Shown one piece after another: positions 34,611 to 47,206 of a stretch of 64,000 bases of DNA. The notes under the pieces were generated by a model, which worked only from the letters and a program-made list of their open reading frames with translations, ran no database searches and was not told the origin of the DNA. The position numbers and the translations under genes were made by a program. Within the stretch, counting starts at the first letter, position 1. Every line of letters starts with the position of its first letter. Source of the stretch: Anthoceros angustus (taxonomy: Eukaryota > Plantae > Anthocerotophyta); assembly GCA_010909165.1 (NCBI GenBank), contig MU008191.1, positions 434,001 through 498,000 on the forward strand, written 5' to 3'.

Positions 34611-36090
34611 GATGCTCGGAGATGTTGAACGGACGTGCGTGGTGCTTAGGGTATGGAACGGCGGAGGAGGGAAAGCAAGCAGGACGTGTGACACAAGGCA
34701 GACGGGCCCCGAGTCACCCGACCCGTCACGGCTGGAGTGACGGTGCGGTTTAATGAACCACGAGCGGCCAGATTCGGCCAGCCCGGCGGAGATATGGCTG
34801 TACTTGGGGGGTTTGAAAAACTGTGAGAGCGTAGGCGCTCGTAAAGCCCGGGGCCCGGGGCATGACTGGCAATAAACGGCGTGCTGGCGATCCACGCCGA
34901 TCCCGTCGTGGGCGTCAAGCCAGCCCACCGCTTGCAGGTACGAGGTAGCAGCGTACCGCTGGCCCCTCATGAATCGCCCAACAAAGTCCAAAGCGGAGCG
35001 TGAAGCGGAATAAAAGGGGCGAGGGGCGAGGGGCGAGGGACGAGGGACGAGGGGCAGACTGCACTTCTGCAATCCGGCATGCCATGTTATGTGCACTTCC
35101 CTCGGTACAGCCTGATCATTTCCAGAACATGCTGCTACTGACGGGCCTGTGAGAGTCCTGTGAAGTCGCTGGCTGGGCTGAAGCCGGGGCCCGCTGCCCG
35201 CTGCCCGCTGCCCCGACCCGTACACTGGATCCCGTGAAGCTCCAGGCCAGCGGCTGACACGCCTAACATGGGCCGCGCAGGCCCCGCGGTACGGCCGGCT
35301 ACCCTACCCGCCCGGGTAGCGGCCACTGGGAACCGCCCGCCCGGTGGCCTGCTACAGGACAGCGCGCGCGGGCTGGGGTCAACGACCCGTTTCCCCGGTG
35401 ACTTCGTGTCGGCCCTTTGACTGCGCGGTCAAGCCCGCCTGGCCGGGGCCGGGGCCGGGGGCACCGGGGCCGGGAGACCGGGGACCGGGGACCGGGGACC
35501 GAGAACCGGGAACCGGGAACCGCGCTGGGCCTAACGTAACGGGAGTTTAATGCGGGATCTGCATTTCATCATGCCTGGGCCTGGGCTTGGACCTCGGGAA
35601 TCGCGGTTCCCGGTAATAATAATAATAATAATAAACACAATCGACGTCCCATTAACTAATTGCAGGCCGGAAGGCCGGGTCAGCACTGCCAGGATCTCCC
35701 CCAGGATCCTGCTCCCTTAAAGTGCGTCCTTCGTTTATCCAGCCACCGATTGCCCCCAATTCCCAGGCTCCACGTCCCCCTCGGTCACCACGGCGACTAC
35801 ACCTATCTCCTGCGGTCATCCTTTTACCGGGTCCACCGTCGTCGCCGCCGCCGCCGTTGTTGCCGGCGCCTAACGACTAGACGGCCGGGCCCGAAAGGAG
35901 GGACGAGCTGTCTATGCATACGCTTTACGCTTCCTTGCCCTTGCATGGGACCCATCGCATGTAACTCCACTTTTTCCCATGCACCTAACATTTCAATTTC
36001 AATTTGGACCTTGCTAAAATAACTTATCTACATGTTGAACCAGGGACAAGTTCATTATGTGAACGTTAAGTACGCTTGCAGTACCCGGTA

Positions 36091-38341
36091 TTTTTTTTCG
36101 CGAGAAAACGATCATATTAGATTAGAAGCAGCAAGCACTGCAGTGGATTACAAGATGCTGAGCTGAAAACCTCTCATGGGGAGACCTGGTCAAAACGTGC
36201 AGCCTGCTAATCGTCCTGCACGAAACCACCGTCTCCCAAAGGTACCTATGCTAACCTCATATTCCTTGAAGTTTGTTGCCGTGACTCCAAGATGGTAAGA
36301 GAGTTCTAACAAAGCCACGGGCAAGAATGATTCCACATCACTTCTGCCCCTGATTTGAGAATACTCGTTAAGTCCAAAGAGAGCTGCTGATGAGCAGTAT
36401 GCAGAAAGCGACACGGAGCCACACTTCAATAGCCGCCCAGAAACTACGTGCGTACCCACAGCGGTAGAGAGAGTGCTGACTCTTGTGGGGGCCACCATCA
36501 TTGCACATCCTGCATGAGTCTTCTCCAGTAACAACCAGTAGCCCATCCCATCGATCGGCATTTGGTAGGCTGGCTTGCAGAAAGAGCCAGACCAAGGATC
36601 GGATTTTGGGCGGGATTCCGGGCGTGAACCACAGCAACCTAAGCGTACCCCTCTGCCTCCTCAAGCTCAGGTGTAGTCTATTGGCTAGGGGTTTCCTCTT
36701 AGCCAATTTGTTGCGGGACACCATCCACTGGTAGGCCTCATTTGTCCTAAAATTGAAGAAGGAGCGATTCTCCTTGGAGAGGCTGCCCGGAGCCCTGGGA
36801 CATAGGTACATGTCAGGCCTGAATACAAGGTACCAATTTTCCGCCAACCTGAACCAGTACCTACATAGGGGAAGACCAGGTGATTGATGAGCTTTGACAC
36901 TTTCACCTTGTGTTCGCCACCGCCTTACCCTCATGGTGCGGGAAAGAACCGTGATCGGCATGAGATTCCCTGCTGGGCCGGCCATTGAATCTCGACTTGT
37001 TCTAGCCAGACTCCCTGCATCATGTGTAACGCTGTAGGACTGCCATTGCTTAGCTCCCTGCGCCTCAGCAACGAAAATTGCACTATCAAGCTCCGGGGTA
37101 GGATCCTCAGCCTCCGAGTCAGTCTCATCCTCGACACTTTCAAAGGCTAAGGCCCCCCACTCGCCCTCTAGCACTTCGTCCTGGGACCCTCAGCGCTGTA
37201 CGGATGCCCTCACTCATCCCTTCCCGCACCCAAGAAAAGATGGTTCTAACATGCCTCATAAGGATAGAGAACTCCTCCTTTATCTGGACAGCAGCTTTCC
37301 AGCCATTTTCTCGGCGACACCACAGATGCCCGAGCTGGTAGAAGCCATGTCTAGCAGCGTTGCTCAGAATCTGCGCCCTCAATGTACGGGAAAAAAAGCT
37401 TTGTTTCCACAGCCCTGAGAAGCCCTGGAGAGGGAGGGCAAGTGCGTCGTCAATGCACTTAAGGTGGGCGGATTAACAAGTGCTGGACAGCTAAGTAGCT
37501 GTTCCAAATTGAAGTGAACAAAGGAGAACAGCCCCTGGTGTCCAAAATAGGCTTGTCTGCCAGAATGTTATCGATAGACCGTCGCCCATGTGAAGCTGCT
37601 TGAACATGGTCGAGGTGGACATTAATGAAGCTTTTCCATGGGTAGGGGGATGGGTCAGCCGCCCGGAGTACCCATTGTGAGTGCAAAGCTTTCATTTTGC
37701 TGACTGGATCAACCAACCCTAGCCCGCCCCAGGATTTGGCCTGTATAAGGTGTTGCCAGGCCATGCGGTGTAAGCTTGAGGCCGCATCGGCTGGTTTATT
37801 CTAGAGGAAATTCATGATGATTCTGCGTAGCCCCTTTAAACTCCTGATCAATAGGAGCCCATAAAAACAAGTAATACCAGAGGGAAGCAGTGAGTATATG
37901 GTTTATAACAACCATGCGCCCTGCAAAATTCAACTCCACAAGCTGAAGCCCGCATGCCTTGCAAATAAATTTTAGACAAGCATACTTGCCAATTGCCTCA
38001 TTCTCATCCCCTTCTTGAAACGGCAGGCCTAGATACTTGTGGGAGGACGGCCCTTGCACCCTGGAAATATGACTCAAGCATTGAGGAATGTTATCCTCCA
38101 TGTTCAAACACAGCATCCGGGTTTTTGCCCAGCTGACCGAACACCCGGACAGCTGTCCAAAACCTTTGACCTGCATCAACATGGCTTGAAGGGAGGACAC
38201 TTTGGCCAAGGAAAATAGCATGGTATCATCAGCAAAGGCTGAAATTTTCAGGGAAGAACCATCTAGGGCTGGGACGCCTGCGAACTCCGGATCCTCATTG
38301 ATAGCTCGGATTAGGAAATCTGAGATAATGATGAAAAGGAA
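36091..38341 (-). mobile_element. 5'-truncated L1/Tx1-like non-LTR retrotransposon with poly(A) tail and 14-bp TSD
   Basis: RT motif KISAFADDTMLF; WGGLGL; zf-RVT-like PPKIRSLVW..LP....CRMC...HSLYRC...FW; T8 tail at 36091-36098. TSD CAGTACCCGGTATT at 36079-36092 and 38342-38355. ORF2 is broken by frameshifts. Confidence 0.93.
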
Positions 38342-38589
38342 CAGTACCCGGTATTCATCTACCAGCCGACTCCCCTATTAGTCTCTACCCAAAGCTAGTC
38401 CAGTTGTCCCGCTTGTCCAATTCAATAATCTTGGTAGGTTTTAGAATAGCATGCTAGCTATATGTGCCTAGCAATGGGTTGATACATTTCATATTTTTAG
38501 GCTATATTGCTCCAAATCCTGAGTTGCTCATTTCTACATGGCTCGAGGGTGGTATCATGCATAGTCAAGACATATGATGAAGAGAAGCA

Positions 38590-39390
38590 CGGAGTGAAGT
38601 GGAGAATTTCTAGAGATCATGATGTATTAATGAAGAGAATCACAGAGTGAAGTGGAGAATTACTAAAGATCATGATGCTAGCACAAGTTCGAAGTTCCAA
38701 GCTCAAAGTGAGGTGGAGAACTAGAGATCCTGATGCTAGCACAAGTTCCAAGTTCCAAGCTCAAAGTGAGGTGGAGAACTAGAGATCCTGATGCTAGCAC
38801 AAGTTCCAAGTTCCAAGCTCAAAGTGAGGTGGAGAACTAGAGATGATGATGCTAGCACAAGTTCAAAGTTCCAAGTTCAAAGTGAGGTGGAGATCTAGAG
38901 ATCATGATGCTAGCACAAGTTCCAAGTTCTAAGCTCAAAGTGAGGTGGAGAACTAGAGATCCTGATGCTAGCACAAGTTCCAAGTTCCAAGCTCAAAGTG
39001 AGGTGGAGAACTAGAGATCCTGATGCTAGCACAAGTTCCAAGTTCCAAGCTCCAAGTGAGGTGGAAAACTAGAGATCCTGATGCTAGCACAAGTACCAAG
39101 TTCGAAGCTCAAAGTGAGGTGGAGAACTAGAGATCTTGATGCTAGCACAAGTACCAAGTTCGAAGCTAGAAGCTAGAAGTGAGGTGGAGAACTAGAGATC
39201 CATAGAGTACACGCATGTACAAGTTTGAAGCATGAAGTGAGGTGGAGAACTAAAGATCTCGATGCTAGCACAAGTTCTTCACCGATAGTATATGTCGAGT
39301 GCAAGGGTGGTGTTATGTCCCATCAAACATATGACGAAGAGAAGCACGATGAAGTGAAGAACTAGAGAACCTGATGTTACCACAAGTTCT
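38590..39390. repeat. 58-bp tandem satellite (~10-12 copies)
   Basis: AAGTGAGGTGGAGAACTAGAGATCCTGATGCTAGCACAAGTTCCAAGTTCCAAGCTCA at 58-bp period, with degenerate copies at both ends. Confidence 0.95.
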
Positions 39391-41678
39391 TCATCGACCC
39401 ATTAGTGCCTCGCGTATATCAAGTGCAAGGATAATATCATGCACCATCATACATATGCGTCCATCGAAGTGCGCACAAATGACTCACGTACCATCTCCAT
39501 GTGGTATGATTGAAGGAGTCAATACAACTCCATTGAGATACTTCCTAGAAAGTCCTATCGTTCAGAGTATAGGCTAGTAAAACCGTTGCTTGAAGAAAAA
39601 GAAAATAAAAGTCGATCGAATTTTAGCTTTTTTAGTTTATCCTCAAAATGCGAGACCATCTATATGTGTATATCTGTATGGAAGCATCATAAAGATTATC
39701 TCCCTACATAGTCCATATATATTCTCATCTTATTGTTCGAAACTTTGTTGAGTTATTAACATTCCACAAGAAAAAGAGATTTTGCATTCATATTGCGTAT
39801 AGGATTTGAAGGTATCATGTGCTCACGAGTCTGCCTATCACACGAAGCTCATGCTTTTCACTCATATAACATGACCAGAAAACTGCAATGGAAAGTAGAT
39901 GGTGTATATCCATTTAGATGGTATGCAAAGACACATGAAGCGCTTACATTAAAAGCAAGAGCTCCAAATTTAAGTAAGCTCAAGCATGTCAAGTAAGTAC
40001 TTCAAATCTTCAAGTAGGCTCTAATATATAGCCAATGAGGGCAACTTTATGCCTTGATCTAATTGCAAGCATAAATTAAGATAAGCTTGGACTTAGGGTA
40101 GAGAACGAACATTTACCATCAAGAGTCTAGAAATATATAGAATCTTCTAAAGTGAGACATCGACCAGTCTTTGAGATATGGAGAATGTTCCAAAGTGAGA
40201 CATCATCTAATCTTTCTCCAAACTCTGGCAGTTGTTAAAACATATTAAATCATCGTTTTCTGGTGGTTGAACATCATAGCACAGTATAATAATATCGTAA
40301 TGTGGGCAAAGGCATTCATGCACAACAACCATCCTTAATGATAAACACCAACTCGATGAAACCAAGACCTCAAGAGTTCTTCATATCTAAAGGCATATGA
40401 GAAGCATCATCTTGTGGTGATGGGAAACAACCTTGGATAATCAAGACATTCTCTCCACTAGACATAGACATCGTTACAAAGATCTTGACCCATAGAAAAA
40501 TCCCAAAGTGGAAAACGACAAGGAGCCTACATGTATTCAAAAATCAAACAATATATTGACAAACGGGAAGAATGATTCGTACATTGCCTACATCACAACT
40601 CCATCACACTCCATGAGGACATGATGAGGAAAGAAGAGAAGAAAATAAATATATATACACAAACATGAAGAAGCGGAAGCAAGAATGACACCAAGGGCAA
40701 TGGTGCAGCAAATAGCAAGGCCACAGGCCCACAGATGATGAGCCCTCATGCAGAAAGGCAGGCAGGCAGGCAGGCAGGCTGGAAGCATGGACAAGCAAAG
40801 CGAGCACACTGCACACACTCATGGCGGACGGTGGCCAGGCCGCACTCATCGCCATCTACTCCGATATACGTGCAATTATGTGAACGATCGAGGCCATAAT
40901 AAAAACTTACATAACAAAATATGTGCATGTATGTATGCATGTATGCATGTATGGCTGTGAGGCAGTCCGTTCCCAGCAGCAGGGCAGCAGGTCAATGCCC
41001 GAGCCCACGTGGAGCGCGGTGTCTGACACCTGCCAGGCAACCCGGAGCGGGACCGCAAACCGGCTGTCACAGCGAGGCTGACTCCCGGTTGTCTTCCAGT
41101 TACCAGCCACCGCTGGGCCGGGGCCGGGGCCGGGGCCGGAGCCGGGCCCGGGCGCCCGGGTTAGGGGCCACGGCCCACGGCCCACGGCCCCATGCCCCAT
41201 CGCCCCTTCTTCACCTGGGAGGCTGGGACACACTCGCTCCTTTTCCCCGTCCTTGCCCCTCCCTCCCTGCCTTCCTCTTCGCCTCGTCCTCTCCCCGCCT
41301 CCTCCTTCCTCCAGGCGCTCCTCCCGGGGCCGGGGCCGCACAGATCCGCGATCGCCCTCGCCCGCAATTCCACGCCCGACCGGACCCCGCCCCGCCCCGA
41401 CTCCCGCCATGCCGCGCCCCGAGCAGGTGCATGCGCGCCTCCAGCTCAGGGCCAGCGCCAGCTCCAGCGCCAGCGCCAGCTCCGGCTCGCAGGTGAGTGC
41501 GCCGGCCACCCGGGCCCGTCCCGTCCTCCTCTGAAAGCAATTTGTGCCGCGCGCGGTGCTGCCGGAGCCGCCTCCGGCCGGCTCGAATGCGCCGGCCGGT
41601 GCTTCCGATCTCGCCTCACTGCTCGCTTCCGGCATTGCTGGCAGATTGAGGCGCGGAGCGGAGGGGAGCGGAGGAGCC

Positions 41679-43553
41679 ATGAGCTCGTCGCTGTTCTTGT
41701 ACCAGGACAACTTGTATTATCTGAGGTCTGTGGGGCTGCGCTCCGGTTTTGTGCTGTGCTATGCTGGTCTGTGATGTCGGATTTTTTTTTTCTGCGCTTT
41801 TCCTGCTTTGAGTAGATCTGGCTGCGGCTTTCGTGCGAGGTTGGGAGGAGGATGTTGAATTTCTGTGGCCGTGCTGGTGCATTGAGCGGAAGGTGTGGCG
41901 TGCTGGCGGAGGCGCGGTTTTTTTATAGTGTGCGTGGCTAGCGGCCGTGGTTTGTTTGTTTGGAGTAGGAGTTGCATGTTTTGGAGCTGGTGCTGACATT
42001 GGCGTGGCAGGTTTGTGGCAGAGGCGTGTCGTGTTTCCTGGTGTTTTCCTGTGCTTTGCTGACGTTGTCGCTTGCTCGCTTTTGTGAAAGCGCGCCGTTT
42101 GTCGTGTGGCGTTGCGTTGCGTTTTGCTTTTTGGTCGAGCCGGGGTAGGGATCAGGGAGTGGGAGGGGGGGAGCTTGTTCTGTGCTGTGGCGTTGTTTTT
42201 CTGACGTTCTGGTTTGTGCTGTGCAGTGGGAACCAGGGATGGGCCCCGTCTAACAGCGCTGACGTTGATGAGTCGCCGAAGGTTGGTGGGAGCACCAATA
42301 GCGGGTCGCCTCCGACCAGCTGTGTGAGTCAGGCAGAGATAAGCCAAGCGAGTGAGGGTAGCCGGACGTCGGGGTTGGGGTGTGTGAAGACAACAGCCAT
42401 GAAGAAAGGAGGGAATGGTAGCGGAGGAACGGTTGCAGGCATGGGGGGCATGCCGAAAAAAATGTCAGGGAGCTTGCCTGGGGCGTCGCAGCAGGCGTCG
42501 CTTGTGGCCTCGCTGCAGGCGGAGGCCGTGAGGCAGCAGCAGGTTGTATCCACAACTTTCGTAGAAGCTGACACGTCGAGCTTTAGGGAGCTGGTGCAGA
42601 AGCTGACTGGAGTGTCTGAGGATTCTCAGGAGAAGCTTCCCATCACTCTGCCGTCCAGGCATGTGAGTAGGGAGACTAGTGGCCAGCGAGACAGCTTTAA
42701 CATGCTTAACAATCATAGGGACAGCAGTGGGATGACATGGGAGATCCCTCGTGACGCCTCCACTGTGTATAGCCATCTACAGAGTCGGGAGATGATGATG
42801 CCGACTGGAAACCATCAGGAGTTCAGGCAAGGAATGAGTCAGCGGGATGTCACCAACATGATGTTTGACGACAGGGGCTTTGGGAGGAACCCCATGAGCC
42901 AAGAAGCCTTTGCCAACTGGGAGAAGCTGATTGCTAGCAGGAACCTACCTGGAGGGCTGAACAATGTGGATCCTTATAGGACCGTCGCCAACGTTGAACC
43001 GTTGGCTGTTAGGAGATCTGCCTTCAAGCTTCATGACAGGAAGCCGCTGGGCAAGAAACTGGAGCTGAAACAGGGGGCCATCTTGAGACGTGATGGTGGA
43101 GGAAACTCACTTCTTCCTGGTGGTTGGACTGGTCATCCGGTTTTGTCTCCTAGATCTGAGATCGAGCACAGCCCTGTCACTCCTTTGACCCGTGACCCAT
43201 TTGATTCTCACTTGTACAGCCCTGCGACTCCTACCTCGTACGAGACCAGCAGTGGTGCCACTGTGTCCGCACAGATGGGGCCCGAAGGATGCAGCCCAAG
43301 CACTGCAGTATCGGGCTATAACAATTGTCTGAACATCATCCAGCATCTTGAGAGCCGTGGCAAATCTGCTGTACAAGATGTTGCCAAGGAGCCCCCAAGC
43401 TGTAACATGGGTCTGATGGCCAACGAGAGTAGGCGTTTGGCAGAAGCTGAAAGGGAGTATGTGCTGCATCCGCCGTTAGAGAGACGAAATGGCGAGCCGC
43501 AACTTTTAACCCTTTTCCCACTTCATTCTTCGCATGCTTCTGAGAAGTCCTGA
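41679..43553 (+). CDS. VQ-motif protein, MVQ/VQ4-like (exons 41679-41725 and 42227-43553)
   Basis: TTFVEADTSSFRELVQKLTG; AFKLHDRK, LSP..SPVTPL..DPF, YVLHP and PQLLTLFP motifs. The phase-2 GT-AG intron joins in frame. Confidence 0.88.
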
Positions 43554-44343
43554 GCGTATGCCCCTATTGGAGTGAATGTTTTTGAATTTCGTTTGCTGCT
43601 GGAAGATCTCGGCGGTGAGCTTCGAGACCTGTGTAGCAGCACCCAGGCTCATATTTGCATGTGCAACAGGAACCCGTGGTGGGCAGTGCAGATGCAGGGC
43701 AGATAAAAAGTCTTGTGCATTGACGTTAGCAGAAGACTTCCTTAATTTCCTGCGTAAAGCTTGTGCATTGAGCTGGGCAAAGGACCTCTTCACCTGGCTT
43801 GCGTGCTGGAGAGAGTGAGGAACAGCAGACAGGCTTGAACTGTGTGGCGGACGGACATGCAGAAGGCGAACGCTTTTTGTTGGCCGTGTCTTGTAGGCCG
43901 GTAATGAGTGAACTGCTCATTATCAATCCGTCGGCCGCGTGGTTGTGTGTAGAATGTCCCTGCAATAGAGCAAACTATTGGGGAACTCTTCCTCTACCTC
44001 TTTCACAAGGAACACTGGTGAGGAAAAGCAAGAGATAGGAAAAGCGAGAAGTTGATGGAATAGCCATTCATTGTGTGCTCCTCTCTCAAGGGACCTTGAC
44101 CGTCTTGATGTTTGGTCACTAACGTCAACTCAGGCGAACGTCATGCGTCTGCAAGATGCGTCTTATGACTACTGAAGTACGAGGCTTGAAACTTTCTACC
44201 GAAAAGATAGTTTTACACGCAGATATAATTATATCATTGGCGCAATGATGGGAAAAGTTTAACTTGTTTAAGTTACCATTCTTTAGGTTTCACATAAATA
44301 CATATTATGAAATTATTAACTCCAATGTATACGGTTTGTCCGT

Positions 44344-44475
44344 GGAATTAGACGTAAACTATAAATTCTAATATATGCCGTGTGTCTACAGAATTGGATG
44401 GAAACTGTAAACTCTAAAAGAATTAGATGGAAACTGTAAACTCTAAAAAAATTAGATGTAAACTGTAAACTCTAA
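44344..44475. repeat. ~29-bp tandem repeat
   Basis: GAATTAGATGGAAACTGTAAACTCTAAAA-type unit, 3-4 copies. Confidence 0.8.
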
Positions 44476-45329
44476 TATATATCGTTTGTCCCCAGAATTG
44501 CACGCAATCTGGTTAAGTATGATTTCTTCAACCTTAGAGGCTTGAACTAAATCTTCTTGTATATTTTTTTGCCTAAAATTGATTAAAAAATCATTTACAA
44601 ATTAAAACCTACGAGTTAGAGAAATTCAACTTTGACATTGAACAAAACCCTGACTTGAAGAATGGGACTCAACAAAACCTTAACATAGAGAAGCAAGACA
44701 TTAGATACATAGACAAATATAAAGTTAGTTATGCACTAGTATGAAAAGGAATTTCTTTGGTTAGATTGAAGCTTTCTATTTTAGCACAAGTGGTCTTTGC
44801 AGCAATGGTACTAAAAGTCTGCAGGCGCAGTCTGAGGACACTAAAACTTTCAAGTGGGGCCAATTTTAGCAGGGTGCCTCTGCTATATGTAGCACGCCTC
44901 TGCTAGATTCTTGTACTTGCGAATTCAGCGATGAACGAAGATGTGCCTCTCTACTCACTGTGGAGCTTTTGAGCTCCTGTGTCTCGACCTTGCAAGCATC
45001 CTGCTGGGTTGTCCTTGTGCCTGTATGCCGAGTGCTTGGTGACTCACTATCGATCAATGTTGCAGGAAGCTTGCTATGCTTGAGAATTCCATCCATTTGT
45101 GTGCGTGTGTGATAGAGACTGGTAATCACCTTCGTGGCAACTACTCATTTTAGCCATAGGCAATATATTATGCCAATTGACCTTGCCTGACCATTGTCAC
45201 GGGGCTGCGCCACATAGGAAGGACTCACTATAGGAAGTGTATCATTTCTTAGGTCAGACTATGGAGTATTACAAAGTGTCTTGTATTAGTAGCAAGATAG
45301 GAGTAAGGGCCTTGCTGCCTAGGCAAGCC

Positions 45330-45780
45330 TAATACCTTCATAGAAAAGAGTCGTTTAACAGAACTTGCCCAAAAGGAATAGGACTTAACAACAAAACCCA
45401 ACATGGAAAACGGGACTTTATAAAAAGAATGGGACTTAATCAAACCCTAACATGGAGAATGGGATTTGATAATAAAGAACGAGACTTGATAAAACTCTAG
45501 CATGGAGAGCGGAACGTGGACAACTCAAGAAACTAGGTATGATCTTCCAAGGGTGTCAAAATGAAGAAACTAATCATATGAAGAAACTAGGTCTAATCCT
45601 CCAAAGGTGTCTAAACCAAGAAACTGTTGCCCTCGAGAAGGGGACTTGGAGAAATGAAGAACCTATAACCTGCAGAACGGGACTTGAATGAATGAGAACC
45701 TATAATTCTGGAGACAAATCAAAAGACTATAACCTAGAGAACGAGACTTGGACAAATGAAGAAACTAAAAATCTGGGAAA
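45330..45780. repeat. Degenerate AT-rich tandem repeats (GAGAACGGGACTTGA-like), related to ~44640-44705
   Basis: Recurrent AACCCTAACATGGAGAA.GGGACTT and GAACCTATAA units; probable transposon remnant. Confidence 0.6.
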
Positions 45781-46087
45781 CATGGCTATGTCAAACATAG
45801 AGTCATGTTCCCTAGTTTACACCTCCTGCACAATAAACTCCCCGTTTATACCATAGAGCTATGATTTCAGCTCTGTTTAGAACATACCTTCGTTTTGGTC
45901 TCACTTTTATTTATAATAACTATTATACTATTATATTAAATATTTATATAACTTTAATAAAATTATCATTTATTTACAGTTTAATAATTATGACAGTAAT
46001 TGATGTAATTTTCTACCTCATGAATGCAATAAAATTTGTACTTTGAAGTGTCATGCTTCACACCTCCTCGTCTCTGAAAAGAATGTG

Positions 46088-46262
46088 GATACTTTATGTA
46101 AGAAAAGAGATGGAAAAACCCATCTACCCCAATAGAAAAAAAGGGAACAACCCAACTAAGGGCACCGTGCCAAGGGAAACTAACCCCCGCGATCGCTCAC
46201 CTCAAAACTACCCACTGCACGGATAATTTTTGTGGTCGGGATAAGAAAAAGCCTACCTATCA
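46088..46262. repeat. Second copy of the 13565-13755 dispersed repeat
   Basis: Collinear shared motifs with 13565-13755. Confidence 0.7.
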
Positions 46263-47206
46263 CCGGGGTCGAAGAAGCCGCCTCCCCTGCACTTTTCGCT
46301 GTCGTGTACACCGTGTTCGCCAGCTCCCCTCCTCCTTGTCTATTATACTTTAACACTTTTTTCATGAAAAATTGAGACTCATTAAAGAGCCTCCGATCAT
46401 CATTTTTCCAAAATCTTCGATTATCACTAATCTGAAACCTCCGATTATCATTTTCATGAAACCTTCAATTGTTACTTTCCTGAAACCTCCAATTATTACT
46501 TCCTCAAAAGTCGTTGAGGTTGCCAAGTTGTATGAAGAGAAATGGATATACCTTGATGCAAAGAGATAATGGAAGCCTGGTAAACCTTGGCACATCCTTG
46601 ATAAATTTATCCAAGGTCTTTTTCAGCATCGTATGTTTCTTAAAACTTACTCAAGTTCTTTCCCAACACCATATGACTCTATAGGGATGAAGAGATAGAT
46701 CCCTTGCGTTCTTCTATATTTGGAAGCCTACTTCGCTGTGCTTTCTTTCACTGCACATTGTCGGAAATCCACTATTATCTACCCATTGAGTTCGAAAGTA
46801 GAAGAGGCATTTCATCTTATTGGTAATGGTAATGATGGAGTCATAGTTTCATCATTTCATTTATTAACCTATCAATTTTTAACTTGATTATATTGGTATA
46901 AAATATATATATTTAATCTATTTTCAGAAAAGATAATCTGATTTAAGTTCTAGTTTCTTTTACATCAAAACTGTAGGTTTTACATAAGGTAGATATATCG
47001 GCTAAGGTAGGCTTCCGAGGATTTTGAAAAACACAATTTAGTGCCTACCAAAAAAAGGTCGTGTACATCGAAGTCTTATGCAAGGAAAATGAATGCACCC
47101 TACAGCAATGAGACTGACATAGTTGCCCTTGCATTGAATTTAACCCAAAAAGAGTGTAGCTTTACTACATTACGTATTTAGTCAGCCACTCAAATTTCCA
47201 CCCTAT

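Noticed and set aside
34122-35225. 367-aa minus-strand ORF
   Set aside because: No recognisable domain; it crosses GC-rich repeats where stops are rare.
38590-39390. CRISPR-like periodic array
   Set aside because: No unique spacers and a eukaryotic context; it is a plain tandem satellite.
40907-42347. Overlapping long GC-rich ORFs upstream of the VQ gene
   Set aside because: Low-complexity promoter/UTR/intron sequence; only the 41679-41725 exon is supported.
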